Source of the DNA: Clostridia bacterium
GTDB lineage: Bacteria; Bacillota; Clostridia; Christensenellales; Borkfalkiaceae
Reading direction: 5' to 3'
Length of the DNA stretch: 63,240 nt
NCBI GenBank assembly: GCA_017508105.1
Contig: JAFVZP010000038.1
Location: 1 to 63,240 of the forward strand
Shown here: piece by piece, positions 46,372 to 55,887 of the stretch
Position numbering within the stretch: the stretch's first letter is position 1
Layout of the letters: every line of letters begins with the position of its first letter
The notes under the pieces: generated by a model
Databases searched by the model: none
Told to the model about the DNA's origin: nothing
The model's input: the letters and a program-made list of their open reading frames with translations, nothing else
Made by a program: the position numbers and the translations under genes

Positions 46372-46452
46372 AATTTTAAAATCCTCCCGAATTTGATATA
46401 CCTTATTCTTTTCCTTTTGGCAAAAATTTATTCGCCGTAAGACAAGAAAAGC

Positions 46453-46503
46453 AAAATAAAAAATCCCCTTTACCGCGGAACAAAACCGCTTGCAAAAGGG
46501 ATT
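46453..46503 (-). terminator. probable terminator downstream of ftsY
   Basis: Minus-strand imperfect long hairpin atcccttt...aaaggggat followed by tttttatttt. Confidence 0.45.
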
Positions 46504-46544
46504 GATTTTCAGACATGGTGGTAGGGAATAAGGATTTTTGTATG

Positions 46545-47441
46545 TTACAAAATGGCTTCCACGAATTCCTCGGAATTAAACAGCGCGATATCCTCCATTT
46601 TTTCGCCCGTACCGACAAAGATGACGGGGATATGCAAGTCGCCGCAAAGAGAAATGACGAAACCGCCCTTTGCCGTGCCGTCCAATTTGGTGAGTACGAT
46701 GCCGTCCAAATCCACTGCGCCGTCAAACGCGCGGGCTTGGGATACGGCGTTCTGACCGGTGGTAGCGTCCAATACCAAAAATTTATAGAAGGACGCTTCG
46801 GGGTATTCCCGCTCGACCACCCGATTCATCTTTTTGAGCTCGTTCATCAGGTTGTCCTTGACGTGCAATCTTCCCGCTGTGTCGATGATGACCACGTCGG
46901 TCTTTTTTGCCTTTGCCGAGGACACCGCGTCGTAAACGACTGCGGAAGGGTCACTCCCCTCCTCGTGCTTGACGATGCGCACCTTGGCTCTGTCTGCCCA
47001 GACGGAGAGCTGGTCGCTTGCCGCTGCGCGGAAGGTATCGGCTGCGGCGACGGTAACGCTCTTTTTCTTTGCCGTGAAATAGTGCGCCAGCTTGCCGATG
47101 GTGGTGGTTTTACCCACGCCGTTGACCCCAACGAGCATGATGACGCAGGGATAATTGATTTCGGGCATGGGCGCTTCGTCCAGGATATCCTGCATGATGT
47201 CCTTTAAAAGGTCGGTAACGAAATCGCCGTCCTTGATTCTGCCGTCGATGGCTTCAGCTTTTACCTGTTCGACGACTTCCTCCGCCATGGTGACGGACAC
47301 GTCGGCGCCGATTAAAATTTCCTCCAGCTCGTCGTAAAACTCATCGCCCAATTTATTTTTGGAAAAGAGCATACGGAGCTTGGTGGCTACGTTGTCTTTG
47401 GTCTTTTTTAACGCTGCAAATAATTTACCGAATAATCCCAC
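46545..47441 (-). CDS. ftsY: signal recognition particle receptor FtsY (short form, NG domain only)
   Basis: 298 aa with GVNGVGKTTT, DTAGRL and TKLDGTAKGG motifs. Confidence 0.95.
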   Translation of the reverse strand: MGLFGKLFAALKKTKDNVATKLRMLFSKNKLGDEFYDELEEILIGADVSVTMAEEVVEQVKAEAIDGRIKDGDFVTDLLKDIMQDILDEAPMPEINYPCVIMLVGVNGVGKTTTIGKLAHYFTAKKKSVTVAAADTFRAAASDQLSVWADRAKVRIVKHEEGSDPSAVVYDAVSSAKAKKTDVVIIDTAGRLHVKDNLMNELKKMNRVVEREYPEASFYKFLVLDATTGQNAVSQARAFDGAVDLDGIVLTKLDGTAKGGFVISLCGDLHIPVIFVGTGEKMEDIALFNSEEFVEAIL

Positions 47442-47477
47442 GGTAGACTCCTTATTTCATAGATTGATTGCAATTTG

Positions 47478-50066
47478 TTATTGAATAGTATCCCCACCCA
47501 AGCGAGATTCAACCTCGGAGAGCTTGACGGATACGATTTTGGATACGCCCTTCTCTTCCATGGTAACGCCAAAGAGCGAGTCGGCTTGGTTCATGGTGGG
47601 CTTTCTGTGCGTGATGACGATGAACTGCGTTTCCTTGGAGAACTTTTTGAGGTAACGTGCAAAGCGGTCTACGTTGGCTTCGTCGAGCGCCGCCTCGATT
47701 TCGTCCAGAATACAGAAGGGCATGGGGTTGCTCTTTAAGATTGCAAACAGAATGGCAATGGCCGTTAACGCCTGTTCGCCGCCCGAGAGCAGGGAGATTT
47801 TAGTGAGCTTTTTACCCGGAGGGCAGGCGTTGATTTCTACGCCGGCGTCGAGCGGGTCTTCACAGTTGGTATAGTCGAGCTGTAACTCCGCCTTACCGCC
47901 GCCAAAGAGCTCTTTAAAGATATACATAAAGTTTTCGTTGATGGTGTTGAAGCCCTCGTCAAAGCGTTCACGCATATTGGTTTTGATTTCGTTGAGCATC
48001 TCGGTGGCGTCGAGAATGGCTTTTTCCACGTCGTCACGCTGTACGACCATCTCGTCGTAATAGGTTTTGAGCTGCTCATAGTCCTCCAATGCGTTGGCGT
48101 TGATAGGCCCGAGCGAGGTGATTTTGCGCTTTAAATTGGAAATTTCGTTGGCGGATACGGTGATGTCGTAGCTTTCGTCCTTGAAGGGCAGACAGTCCTC
48201 GTAGGTCATGTCGTACGCCTCGACGATGCGCTGGCGCAGGTTTTCGAGGTTGGTTTCGATTCTGCCCACCTCGACCTCGCATTTGCCACGGCGAGCGGTG
48301 GATACGTTGATTTTTTCCTGCAGGGAATTTTGTTCCTCGTCCAATTGACTCTGACGGGCGTTGATTTTTTGCTTTTCCACACCCGTAGCCTCGATGGCTT
48401 GGCGAAGCGAGGCAACGATTTCCTGCTCCTCTTTGGTGAGCGCCTGCCGTTCGGCTTCACGCTCCCAGTGCACAATTTCCTTTTCAAATTCCACGCAGTC
48501 TCGCTGGAGAGCCTGGATGTTGGCGGTTAAATCGGCTTTTTCGCCTTGCAGACGGGCAGCCGTTTGCTTTTCGCTTTCAATGGCGCCGTCGATGGACACC
48601 TTCTCCACCTGCAGAGCGGTATACTGCTCGTTGAAGGTGTGGCGCTCGGCTTTGAGCGCATCGCTCGCCTTGCGTTTTTTATCCCGTTCCTCGTTCGCCT
48701 CGCTGCGGATTTTGGCGAGTACTTTTTCGCTCTCGGACGAGGCCTGCGCTTCGCTGGTGAGCGAATTTTCCTTTTGCTTTAACTGAGTGAGCACGCCGTG
48801 GTAGAGAGTGATATTACCTTCCACTTCGCCGAGGAGCTGCTGTAAGGACGCCTCCTGTTGCTTGACGGTGGCGAGCTCGGTGGCGGCGTTTTGGAACTGT
48901 AAGCGCAATTCCTCCAACTTCTTCTCTGCCTGGGTGCGCTCGGTTGCCGTCTGCTGCAAGGCGGTTTGCAGGCGGGAGAGCTCCTTTTTCTTGGACTCTA
49001 TTTCCTCCTCGCACTGCTTGATCATACGCTCGTTTTGCAGCAAGTTGCCGGCGTCCTTCTTTCTCGAACCGCCCGTCATGGCGCCGCTGGTGGCGATGAT
49101 ATCCCCTTCCAAGGTGACGATTTTAAAGGCATGGTTGTACTTTTTGGCGATTTTAACGGCGTTGTCGTTGTTGTCGCAGACCAGCGTGTTGCCCAAGAGA
49201 TTTTTAATGACGGGGGCAAAGTATTGGTCGTATTTTACGATTTGGTCGGCAAGCCCGAGAGCGCCTACCTCACCGAGCGCGCGCTCAATGTCACGCGAGT
49301 TGTATTTGGGGCGCATGGATTCGACGGGTAAGAAGGTTACCACGCCGATATTGTTGCGCTTTAAAAACGCGATTAAATCCCGCGCGTGCTCGCTGGATGC
49401 GGTGACGATGTTTTGCATTGCCCCGCCGAACAGCGTTTCAATGGCGAGCTCGTATTTGCTTTCGCACGAAACGATATCGGCAATCATGCCGCGGATGCGT
49501 TTGTTGACTTCGGGGTTGCTCTTTGCCGCATACAACAGACGGCGAACGGAATCTTTATACCCCTCGAAACGGTTTTTTAAACCGACGTATAAATCCAGAG
49601 AGTTGTGAACGCTCTCGATTTTTGCGTTGCAGGCGTAAATATCGCTGTTGATTTTATCGTACTGCTCTCTTGCGTTTTGAATGACGGCGTTCTGCGCGGA
49701 AATAACCGAATCGGCAGAGGAAACCAGGGCCGAAATTTTATTCAGCTTTTCGGCGCAGAGCGAAAGCTCGGCCTTCAAGCCCTCTTTGCGCTTTTGCTCC
49801 TTATCAATCGCCTCGTATACCTCTTGCATACGCTCGGCAACGGCGTCCTTACGGGCGGTTAAGCTGCCCATGTTTTCTTTGAGCTGCGAGAGATTTTCAA
49901 AGGAAGAGAGCTCGCGCACTCTGTCCTGCATGAAGTCCTGCTCAAACACAGCGATTTGCTTATCCAATTCGCTGATTTTTGCAAAGAGCGTTTGGCTTTG
50001 TGCCTGTACGGCTTGAAGTCGTGCTTGCTTTTTCAGCAATTCGTTTGTCGCATTCAACGAGGGCAT
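47478..50066 (-). CDS. smc: chromosome segregation protein SMC, C-terminal about 860 aa (second coiled-coil arm, hinge, C-terminal ATPase head); second of two ORFs split by a frameshift
   Basis: Hinge region (GMIADIVSCESKYELAIETLFGGAMQNIV), the signature motif LSGGEQALTAIA and Walker B ILDEIEAALD. It overlaps the N-terminal ORF by about 107 nt in another frame. Confidence 0.85.
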   Translation of the reverse strand: MPSLNATNELLKKQARLQAVQAQSQTLFAKISELDKQIAVFEQDFMQDRVRELSSFENLSQLKENMGSLTARKDAVAERMQEVYEAIDKEQKRKEGLKAELSLCAEKLNKISALVSSADSVISAQNAVIQNAREQYDKINSDIYACNAKIESVHNSLDLYVGLKNRFEGYKDSVRRLLYAAKSNPEVNKRIRGMIADIVSCESKYELAIETLFGGAMQNIVTASSEHARDLIAFLKRNNIGVVTFLPVESMRPKYNSRDIERALGEVGALGLADQIVKYDQYFAPVIKNLLGNTLVCDNNDNAVKIAKKYNHAFKIVTLEGDIIATSGAMTGGSRKKDAGNLLQNERMIKQCEEEIESKKKELSRLQTALQQTATERTQAEKKLEELRLQFQNAATELATVKQQEASLQQLLGEVEGNITLYHGVLTQLKQKENSLTSEAQASSESEKVLAKIRSEANEERDKKRKASDALKAERHTFNEQYTALQVEKVSIDGAIESEKQTAARLQGEKADLTANIQALQRDCVEFEKEIVHWEREAERQALTKEEQEIVASLRQAIEATGVEKQKINARQSQLDEEQNSLQEKINVSTARRGKCEVEVGRIETNLENLRQRIVEAYDMTYEDCLPFKDESYDITVSANEISNLKRKITSLGPINANALEDYEQLKTYYDEMVVQRDDVEKAILDATEMLNEIKTNMRERFDEGFNTINENFMYIFKELFGGGKAELQLDYTNCEDPLDAGVEINACPPGKKLTKISLLSGGEQALTAIAILFAILKSNPMPFCILDEIEAALDEANVDRFARYLKKFSKETQFIVITHRKPTMNQADSLFGVTMEEKGVSKIVSVKLSEVESRLGGDTIQ

Positions 50067-51075
50067 GGTCTATCTCTTCCATGCGCTTCTCGCAAGCGAG
50101 GACGTCCTGTTTAGCTCCTTCCAATTTGTCCTTAAAGGCGTTGGCTTTTTCCTGATAGAGCTTGGCGTTACCGCTCTTTTCGGTGTTGCCGACGGTGTAT
50201 TGCAAGAGCTGGTTGTTCAAGTTGAATAACCGCACGTCGGCTTCGTCCAACTGCGAACGGCTTTGCTCCTTTTGGGATAGAATATTGAAAATTTCGGCGT
50301 TTAAACGGTTGATTTCATCGTTCAAACGGTCCATTTCACGGGTATATTTACTTTTTTCGGTTTCGGCGTTTTCACGGCGGAATATGTAGGCGTTGACTTC
50401 GTGGTATTTCAGTTCTCCCGCGAACTCGTTGTATTTTTGCGCCGTTTCGGCTTGACGGGCGAGGGGCGTAAGCTGGCGCTCGGCTTCCGCCATACGCTGC
50501 TTGTACACGCTGAGGTTGTCCTCGGATGCGGCGAGCTTGCGTTCGACCTCCTGCTTGCGCTGTTTTTGAATCATGATGCCCGTGGCTTCTTCAAAGATGG
50601 CGCGTCTGTCCTCGGGCTTGGAGTTCATAATTTGCGCCACCTTGCCCTGACCGATGATGGAATAGCCCTCTTTGCCGATACCCACGCCGTGCAATAGGGC
50701 GGTGATGTCCTTCAAACGGCAATTCTGGCGGTTTAAGAGGTATTCACTCTCGCCGCTTCTGTACAGACGTCTGGTCATCGCCACTTCGCCGTAATCAATG
50801 TCAAAGAGCTTGGACGAATTGTCGAAGGTGAGCGTTACCTCGCAAAAGGAGAGCGAACGACGCTTTTGCGTGCCGTTGAAGATGACGTCCTGCATGTGTG
50901 AACCGCGCAGGGTCTTAGCCGACTGTTCGCCCAGAACCCAACGCACGGCGTCGGCAACGTTGGACTTGCCGCAACCGTTGGGACCGACGATACAGGTTAC
51001 GCCCTCCTGGAAGGGAACTGTGGTTTTATCGGCAAACGATTTAAAGCCGACAAGCTGCATTTCTTTTAAATTCAC
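49960..51075 (-). CDS. smc: chromosome segregation protein SMC, N-terminal about 355 aa (Walker A head + first coiled-coil arm); first of two ORFs split by a frameshift
   Basis: FKSFADKTTVPFQEGVTCIVGPNGCGKSNVADAVRWVLGEQS is the canonical SMC N-terminus. The last about 20 residues (STTSSRTGTKPNALCKNQRIG) look out of frame. Confidence 0.85.
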   Translation of the reverse strand: MNLKEMQLVGFKSFADKTTVPFQEGVTCIVGPNGCGKSNVADAVRWVLGEQSAKTLRGSHMQDVIFNGTQKRRSLSFCEVTLTFDNSSKLFDIDYGEVAMTRRLYRSGESEYLLNRQNCRLKDITALLHGVGIGKEGYSIIGQGKVAQIMNSKPEDRRAIFEEATGIMIQKQRKQEVERKLAASEDNLSVYKQRMAEAERQLTPLARQAETAQKYNEFAGELKYHEVNAYIFRRENAETEKSKYTREMDRLNDEINRLNAEIFNILSQKEQSRSQLDEADVRLFNLNNQLLQYTVGNTEKSGNAKLYQEKANAFKDKLEGAKQDVLACEKRMEEIDHALVECDKRIAEKASTTSSRTGTKPNALCKNQRIG

Positions 51076-51767
51076 TCTGTTTTACCCTGCCTTATGCTTT
51101 CAAGTAATTTTTTTGCCGCCGCCTGCTCGGCTGCGGTTTTGCTGTTGCCCGTACCCGTCGCCCGGTGCGATTGCGTTTTCACCGACACCAAAAACGTGGG
51201 GCTATGGTCGGGACCGGACTTTTGGATTAATTGGTAAACGGCTCTGGGCTGCCCCTTGCCCTGTAAGTATTCCTGCAAAACGCCCTTAAAGTTTTTCTCT
51301 TTCGCGAGCTTTGCTTTGAATAATTTTTCCGAACGCACCTTGACGAGCTTTTCAACGATGAACTTTTTCGCCGCGCGCAAGCCGCCGTCCAAAAAAATGC
51401 CGGCGATGATGGCTTCGAACAGGCTGGCAACCGGTTTTTTCCCTAAATTCTGCTGCTTGCCCGAGTAGCGTATATACCGCTTTAAGCCCATCTCCTCGAC
51501 AACCGACCAAAGCACCTCGTTGGATACGAACGCCTTGCGCAGCTCGGTCATGTCCCCCTCGTCGCCCTTCAATCGGCGGTATAAAATATCCGAAACGACG
51601 AACTGCATGACCGAATCGCCCAAAAATTCCAACCGCTCGTTATTGACGCGGGAGGCAGAGGCGAGCGTGAAGCATTGCTCCAATAATTTTTTATCCTTGA
51701 AGGAATAGCCGAGAATGCTTTCAACGGCATGAAGTTGTTCGGGGGAAAAGGTCAAATCAGTGCTCAT
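51072..51767 (-). CDS. rnc: ribonuclease III
   Basis: Signature NERLEFLGDSV, a second catalytic region and a C-terminal dsRBD (GPDHSPTFLVSV...G.GNSKTAAEQAAA). The start is at MSTDLTF. The longer ORF to 51857 runs through the plsX 3' end. Confidence 0.9.
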   Translation of the reverse strand: MSTDLTFSPEQLHAVESILGYSFKDKKLLEQCFTLASASRVNNERLEFLGDSVMQFVVSDILYRRLKGDEGDMTELRKAFVSNEVLWSVVEEMGLKRYIRYSGKQQNLGKKPVASLFEAIIAGIFLDGGLRAAKKFIVEKLVKVRSEKLFKAKLAKEKNFKGVLQEYLQGKGQPRAVYQLIQKSGPDHSPTFLVSVKTQSHRATGTGNSKTAAEQAAAKKLLESIRQGKTE

Positions 51768-52806
51768 TTTCCGCCCTGCAAGCCGCCTCAACCGCCTGTA
51801 AATCGACAGTGGAAAGCATGTCCTCAATGGTCTTGACGAGATTGTTTTCGTGCGCATCCGCCGCCTTTAATATCGAGGCGCAGATGGTCTTCGCCTTGGA
51901 CGAGCCGTGCGATTTTACGACGATTTTTTTGAGTCCTAAAAATACAGAGCCGCCGTATTTATGGTAGTCGAGCATGGATTTCAACTCGTCGATAACGCCC
52001 TTGGCGCAGAGCGCGCCGAGCATGGAGAAGATGTTTTTATACGCCGCCTTTTTCAGGACGTCCGCCACGGTTTTGCCGCAGCCCTCGATGGCTTTGAGCC
52101 CAACGTTACCCGAGAATCCGTCGGACACGATGACGTCAAAGTCGCTGTACATAATTTCTCTGCCCTCAACGTTGCCGCCAAAGTTGATGCAGTCCATTTT
52201 GGAGAGCAGCTTGTACGCCGCTTGGTGCACTTCGTCGCCTTTGTGCTCCTCGGCACCGTTGTTCAGTAAGCCCACCTTGGGGTTTTCAATGCCGAACGCC
52301 GCCTTGGCGTACGCCGAAGCCATGATGGCAAAGTGCGCAAAGTTCATGGGCTTACACTCCAAGTTCGCGCCGCAGTCGCAAAGGAGCGTTTGCGTGCCTC
52401 TGACGTTGGGGAGCGCCGGACAGAGCGCCGGACGGGAAATGCCCTTGATTCTGCCGACCATGAAGATGCCGCCCGCCAAGGTAGCGCCCGTGGAGCCTGC
52501 GGTGATGAGAGCGCCGACTTCGGGGTCCTTTTTCAAGCGGTCGAACGCAACAACCAGGGAGCTGTCCGTCTTTGTGCGGATGGCTTTGGTGGGTACGTCG
52601 TTATTGTCGATGACGTCCGTGCAGTGCATGATTTCAATGCGCGTAGCGTCGTATTTGTATTTGGCGAGCTCCGCATTGATTTTTTGCTCGTCGCCCGTTA
52701 AAATCAGGGAGAATTTATCGCTCTTTTCCAGCGACTGTACGGCACCTTTTACGATTTCCTCGGGGGCGTTGTCGCCGCCCATGGCGTCGATGATAATTTT
52801 CAGCAT
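51757..52806 (-). CDS. plsX: phosphate acyltransferase
   Basis: 349 aa. IIIDAMGGDNAP N-terminus and PlsX-like sequence throughout. Confidence 0.95.
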   Translation of the reverse strand: MLKIIIDAMGGDNAPEEIVKGAVQSLEKSDKFSLILTGDEQKINAELAKYKYDATRIEIMHCTDVIDNNDVPTKAIRTKTDSSLVVAFDRLKKDPEVGALITAGSTGATLAGGIFMVGRIKGISRPALCPALPNVRGTQTLLCDCGANLECKPMNFAHFAIMASAYAKAAFGIENPKVGLLNNGAEEHKGDEVHQAAYKLLSKMDCINFGGNVEGREIMYSDFDVIVSDGFSGNVGLKAIEGCGKTVADVLKKAAYKNIFSMLGALCAKGVIDELKSMLDYHKYGGSVFLGLKKIVVKSHGSSKAKTICASILKAADAHENNLVKTIEDMLSTVDLQAVEAACRAENEH

Positions 52807-52879
52807 GCTTCTTTCCTCACTTTTGATGGTTTTAAAAAATATTATATTTTTTTAATTATACCATCTTTGGAAAAAAATT

Positions 52880-53845
52880 TCAATTGTTTTGCGTAACTTT
52901 CCCCGACGAATTGCCCTTTTCTATGGGATTTTGCTCTTGCGAAGATTGTTGGTTTTGCCCGAAAAACGGATTTTCTTCCACCGCGGGCTTTTTTTGCTCG
53001 ATGCCCTGCACGAAGGCATAGGTATCCCGACGGATGCGCACGCTCTTTATGCGCTTGCCGTGGCGGTAGCAGGTCAGATAGCTTTCGCTCTTCAAGCCGT
53101 TTTTGCCCGAGCGCAAAATACGGTCCTCTTCGCCCTCTATAATCTGCGGCGGCGGAGGCGGAAGGGTGAGCAGGCAAATGCTTTCGGTTTCAAAGGTATA
53201 GCCGTAATTTTTTCCGTATATCTCCGCGGTAACGCTGTTCTTATTTGCACGCATATACAGCATTACGGGGGTGGGATAGGGATTGACAAAGCGCAAATCG
53301 CTATACGAGGAAACCATGGCGTCGAGCGAGGGCGAAACGTAGCCCACCTGCAAGGAGTGTGCGTGCGATTCCACCATACCCATGCCTGCAAGCAAGGCGG
53401 CATTGAAGAGGGTGGTGCTTACCTGACACACCCCGCCGCCCGTACCCGGGACGAACTGCCCCTCCAGGATAACGTTGGCATCCAAAAAGCCGCGCTCCTT
53501 GCTTCTTGCGCCCACCCGTAGGTTGAAGGAAAACTCCTGCCCGCCCTCTATTTTGCAGCCGTTTATCTTCTGACACGCCAAGCGAATGTTGTGACTGCGG
53601 GGCAGATTTTCTCCGTCAAAATAAGTGGTAAAACGGCTCAATAAAAGCTCTTCTTTTTGCCGTGCCGCAGAGAGATCGGGGCAAGGGATTATATTTTGAC
53701 CTTTCGCAAAAGCCGGCAAAGGCGCTTGCGCTTTGGCATTTATCGGGCACAGAGGAAAAATACACCACGCCAAAAACAAAAAAACGCCCGAGAATACCCC
53801 AAGCGTCTTTATTTTTTTTGTGTGTGTTTGCGTTGTTTTTTGCAT
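52880..53845 (-). CDS. VanW family protein (secreted or membrane anchored)
   Basis: N-terminal hydrophobic segment, then the VanW-domain core GGGVCQVSTTLFNAALLAG. Confidence 0.8.
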   Translation of the reverse strand: MQKTTQTHTKKIKTLGVFSGVFLFLAWCIFPLCPINAKAQAPLPAFAKGQNIIPCPDLSAARQKEELLLSRFTTYFDGENLPRSHNIRLACQKINGCKIEGGQEFSFNLRVGARSKERGFLDANVILEGQFVPGTGGGVCQVSTTLFNAALLAGMGMVESHAHSLQVGYVSPSLDAMVSSYSDLRFVNPYPTPVMLYMRANKNSVTAEIYGKNYGYTFETESICLLTLPPPPPQIIEGEEDRILRSGKNGLKSESYLTCYRHGKRIKSVRIRRDTYAFVQGIEQKKPAVEENPFFGQNQQSSQEQNPIEKGNSSGKVTQNN

Positions 53846-53868
53846 CTGTTACCTTACGATTTTTTGCG

Positions 53869-54705
53869 TTATTTTCGGACGTGGGGGGCTTGTAAAAAGC
53901 CTTCGCTCGGCTCAAAGTACGGCTTTCCGATTTCACGGGAGGTGTTTTTAGCGTGAAAATCGCTGCCGCCCGAAATGAAAAGCTTGAGCTTGTGCGCCAA
54001 ATCTGAAAAATACTCCGTTTGTTCCGCAGTATGCGTGGAATAGACGCATTCTATACCGTCTACGCCCTGCTCTTGGAGTGAATATATCAGTTTTTCCCGC
54101 TCGGCAAAGGGCAGAGATATGCGCCCGGGATGCGCGATGCACGCAATGCCGCCGAGAGAATGAATGATATCAATCGCTTGCTGCGGAGTTGGACGGAACA
54201 AGAAGGAATAGGTGGGTGAATGGGGCAGAAAACAGGCTTGAAACGCCTTTTGAACCGAGGAGAAGTGCCCTTCCTCTACGAGCGCACGCACGACGTGCAT
54301 GGTGTGCACGGGAATATCCTTTACCTTTAACTGACGGTAAACCGACTCCTTAGACAGAGAGATATTTTTATAAAAGCGCAGCTTTTGCAATACGTCGTCC
54401 AGCCGTTTGTCTGCGGCGAGAACGCGCTCGGCGTGATAGGCCTTGCAAAGGGGCGAGGCGGCATCGTAGCCGTAGCCCGTGATATGCACCTTGGTTTTGC
54501 CCTGATAGGCGGAAATTTCCACGCCCGTGAGATAGGAGATACCCATGCCCGTAAACGCCTTGCGTTTTTCACCGTCGCCTATGAACGAGTCGTGGTCGGT
54601 AACCGAGATGAGCTGAATGCCCTTTTGCTTGGCGAATAGCGCCAATTCTTCGAGGGAATGAGCGCCGTCCGAATAAACGGAATGTACGTGTAAATCGGCC
54701 CTCAC
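53869..54705 (-). CDS. PHP domain metal-dependent phosphoesterase
   Basis: MRADLHVHSVYSDGAHS...VTDHDS is the PHP N-terminal His motif. About 278 aa, like TrpH/YciV-type proteins. Confidence 0.8.
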   Translation of the reverse strand: MRADLHVHSVYSDGAHSLEELALFAKQKGIQLISVTDHDSFIGDGEKRKAFTGMGISYLTGVEISAYQGKTKVHITGYGYDAASPLCKAYHAERVLAADKRLDDVLQKLRFYKNISLSKESVYRQLKVKDIPVHTMHVVRALVEEGHFSSVQKAFQACFLPHSPTYSFLFRPTPQQAIDIIHSLGGIACIAHPGRISLPFAEREKLIYSLQEQGVDGIECVYSTHTAEQTEYFSDLAHKLKLFISGGSDFHAKNTSREIGKPYFEPSEGFLQAPHVRK

Positions 54706-55787
54706 GACAGAATTTTCCCCTCGGAAATTTTTATTTTGTTGCAGTCCTTGCCGTACAGCACACGCTCGGCGTGCGTGCAGGTGATGAGCGTCTGAATTCC
54801 GTCCAGCTTGGAAACCAATTTTTTGCGGCGGGGCAGGTCGAGCTCGCTCATGACGTCGTCCAGAATGAGCACGGGGTATTCCCCTGCCTGTTCCTTGAAA
54901 ATTTCCAGCTCTGCGAGCTTTAACGAGAGCGCCGCCGTGCGGGCCTGTCCCTGCGAGGCGTAGCCCTTGGCTTCGCGTTCGTCAATGAAAATTTTTAAAT
55001 CGTCCCGATGGGGACCTACGGTGGTGAATCCAAGGCGCAAATCCTTTTCGTACGAGGAGCGCATTTCCCGTTGTAATTTCTCGGCAAGCTCCCCCTCGTC
55101 ACCTTGATACGTCCTATCCATGCCCAAGGTTAAGCGCTCTTTGCCGTCGGTGAGATAGGCGTGCGCGGCGCTCGCCAGCGGCGTTAAACGGGCGACGTAT
55201 TCGGCGCGTTTTTGGGCGATACGTGCGGCGTACAGACAGAGCTGTTCGTCCCAGACGGGCAGAGTTTCCAAGACCAAGGATACGTCCTTGTTCTTCAACA
55301 GAGCGTTGCGCTGTTCTAAAATTTTATTGTAGCGCAAGAGCGCGGTATAATAGCCCTTGGAGAGCTGGGAGATGGAGAGGTTTAAAAAACGGCGGCGTTC
55401 GTCCGGTCCGTCCTGAATGAGGCGCAGCTCTCCGGGGGAGAAGAAAATGCTGTTGACGTTGCCCAAGAGCTCGGCGTTTTTGCTGATTTTATTGCCGTTG
55501 ATGCGAATTTCACGGGAATTTTCAAAAATTTCCGCCTCGATGAATACGTCGCCGTAGCGGTTGGCGCAGAGGGCGGAGATACGGGCGGAGTCGGCACCCG
55601 CATAGATGAGCTGTCTGTCGTGCTTAATGCGCAGAGAAGAGCCCGTGCAAAGATAAAAGACCGCCTCGGCGCAGTTGGTTTTACCCTGTGCGTTTTTACC
55701 GAAGAGGACGTTTAAGCCTGAGGAAAAGGTAAACTCCTCCGACTGATAATTTCTGAAATTTTGTAAAGTTAATTTTTTTATTTGCAT
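54702..55787 (-). CDS. recF: DNA replication and repair protein RecF
   Basis: 361 aa with Walker A FGKNAQGKTN, signature SQGQARTAALSLKLAE and Walker B ILDDVMSELD. Confidence 0.92.
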   Translation of the reverse strand: MQIKKLTLQNFRNYQSEEFTFSSGLNVLFGKNAQGKTNCAEAVFYLCTGSSLRIKHDRQLIYAGADSARISALCANRYGDVFIEAEIFENSREIRINGNKISKNAELLGNVNSIFFSPGELRLIQDGPDERRRFLNLSISQLSKGYYTALLRYNKILEQRNALLKNKDVSLVLETLPVWDEQLCLYAARIAQKRAEYVARLTPLASAAHAYLTDGKERLTLGMDRTYQGDEGELAEKLQREMRSSYEKDLRLGFTTVGPHRDDLKIFIDEREAKGYASQGQARTAALSLKLAELEIFKEQAGEYPVLILDDVMSELDLPRRKKLVSKLDGIQTLITCTHAERVLYGKDCNKIKISEGKILS

Positions 55788-55887
55788 ATTCTTAAAAATT
55801 AGCGCAAAAACACTTTCTTTTCGAGCGATTTTGTATTATAATTATAACAAACTTTACTTAAAAACGCAAAACTTTTGAGAGGCAAAA

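Noticed and set aside
51974-52855. A 293-aa plus-strand ORF antisense to plsX. Similar long antisense or alternate-frame ORFs occur at 48808-49608, 46515-47207, 60006-60782, 2204-2824, 52889-53521, 17339-17854, 44581-45159, 41138-41638 and 12532-12981.
   Set aside because: Each lies entirely inside a gene whose translation carries unmistakable family motifs. Their own translations are low-complexity (Ser/Ala/Arg/Pro/Leu rich) with no recognisable motif or RBS. This is typical of stop-codon-poor shadow frames in moderately GC-rich DNA.
55788-55887. DnaA-box cluster or DUE in the recF-dnaA spacer.
   Set aside because: The spacer is AT-rich, but I could not find any 9-mer within one mismatch of TTATCCACA on either strand. 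I therefore report only the strand switch and gene order, not an oriC call.
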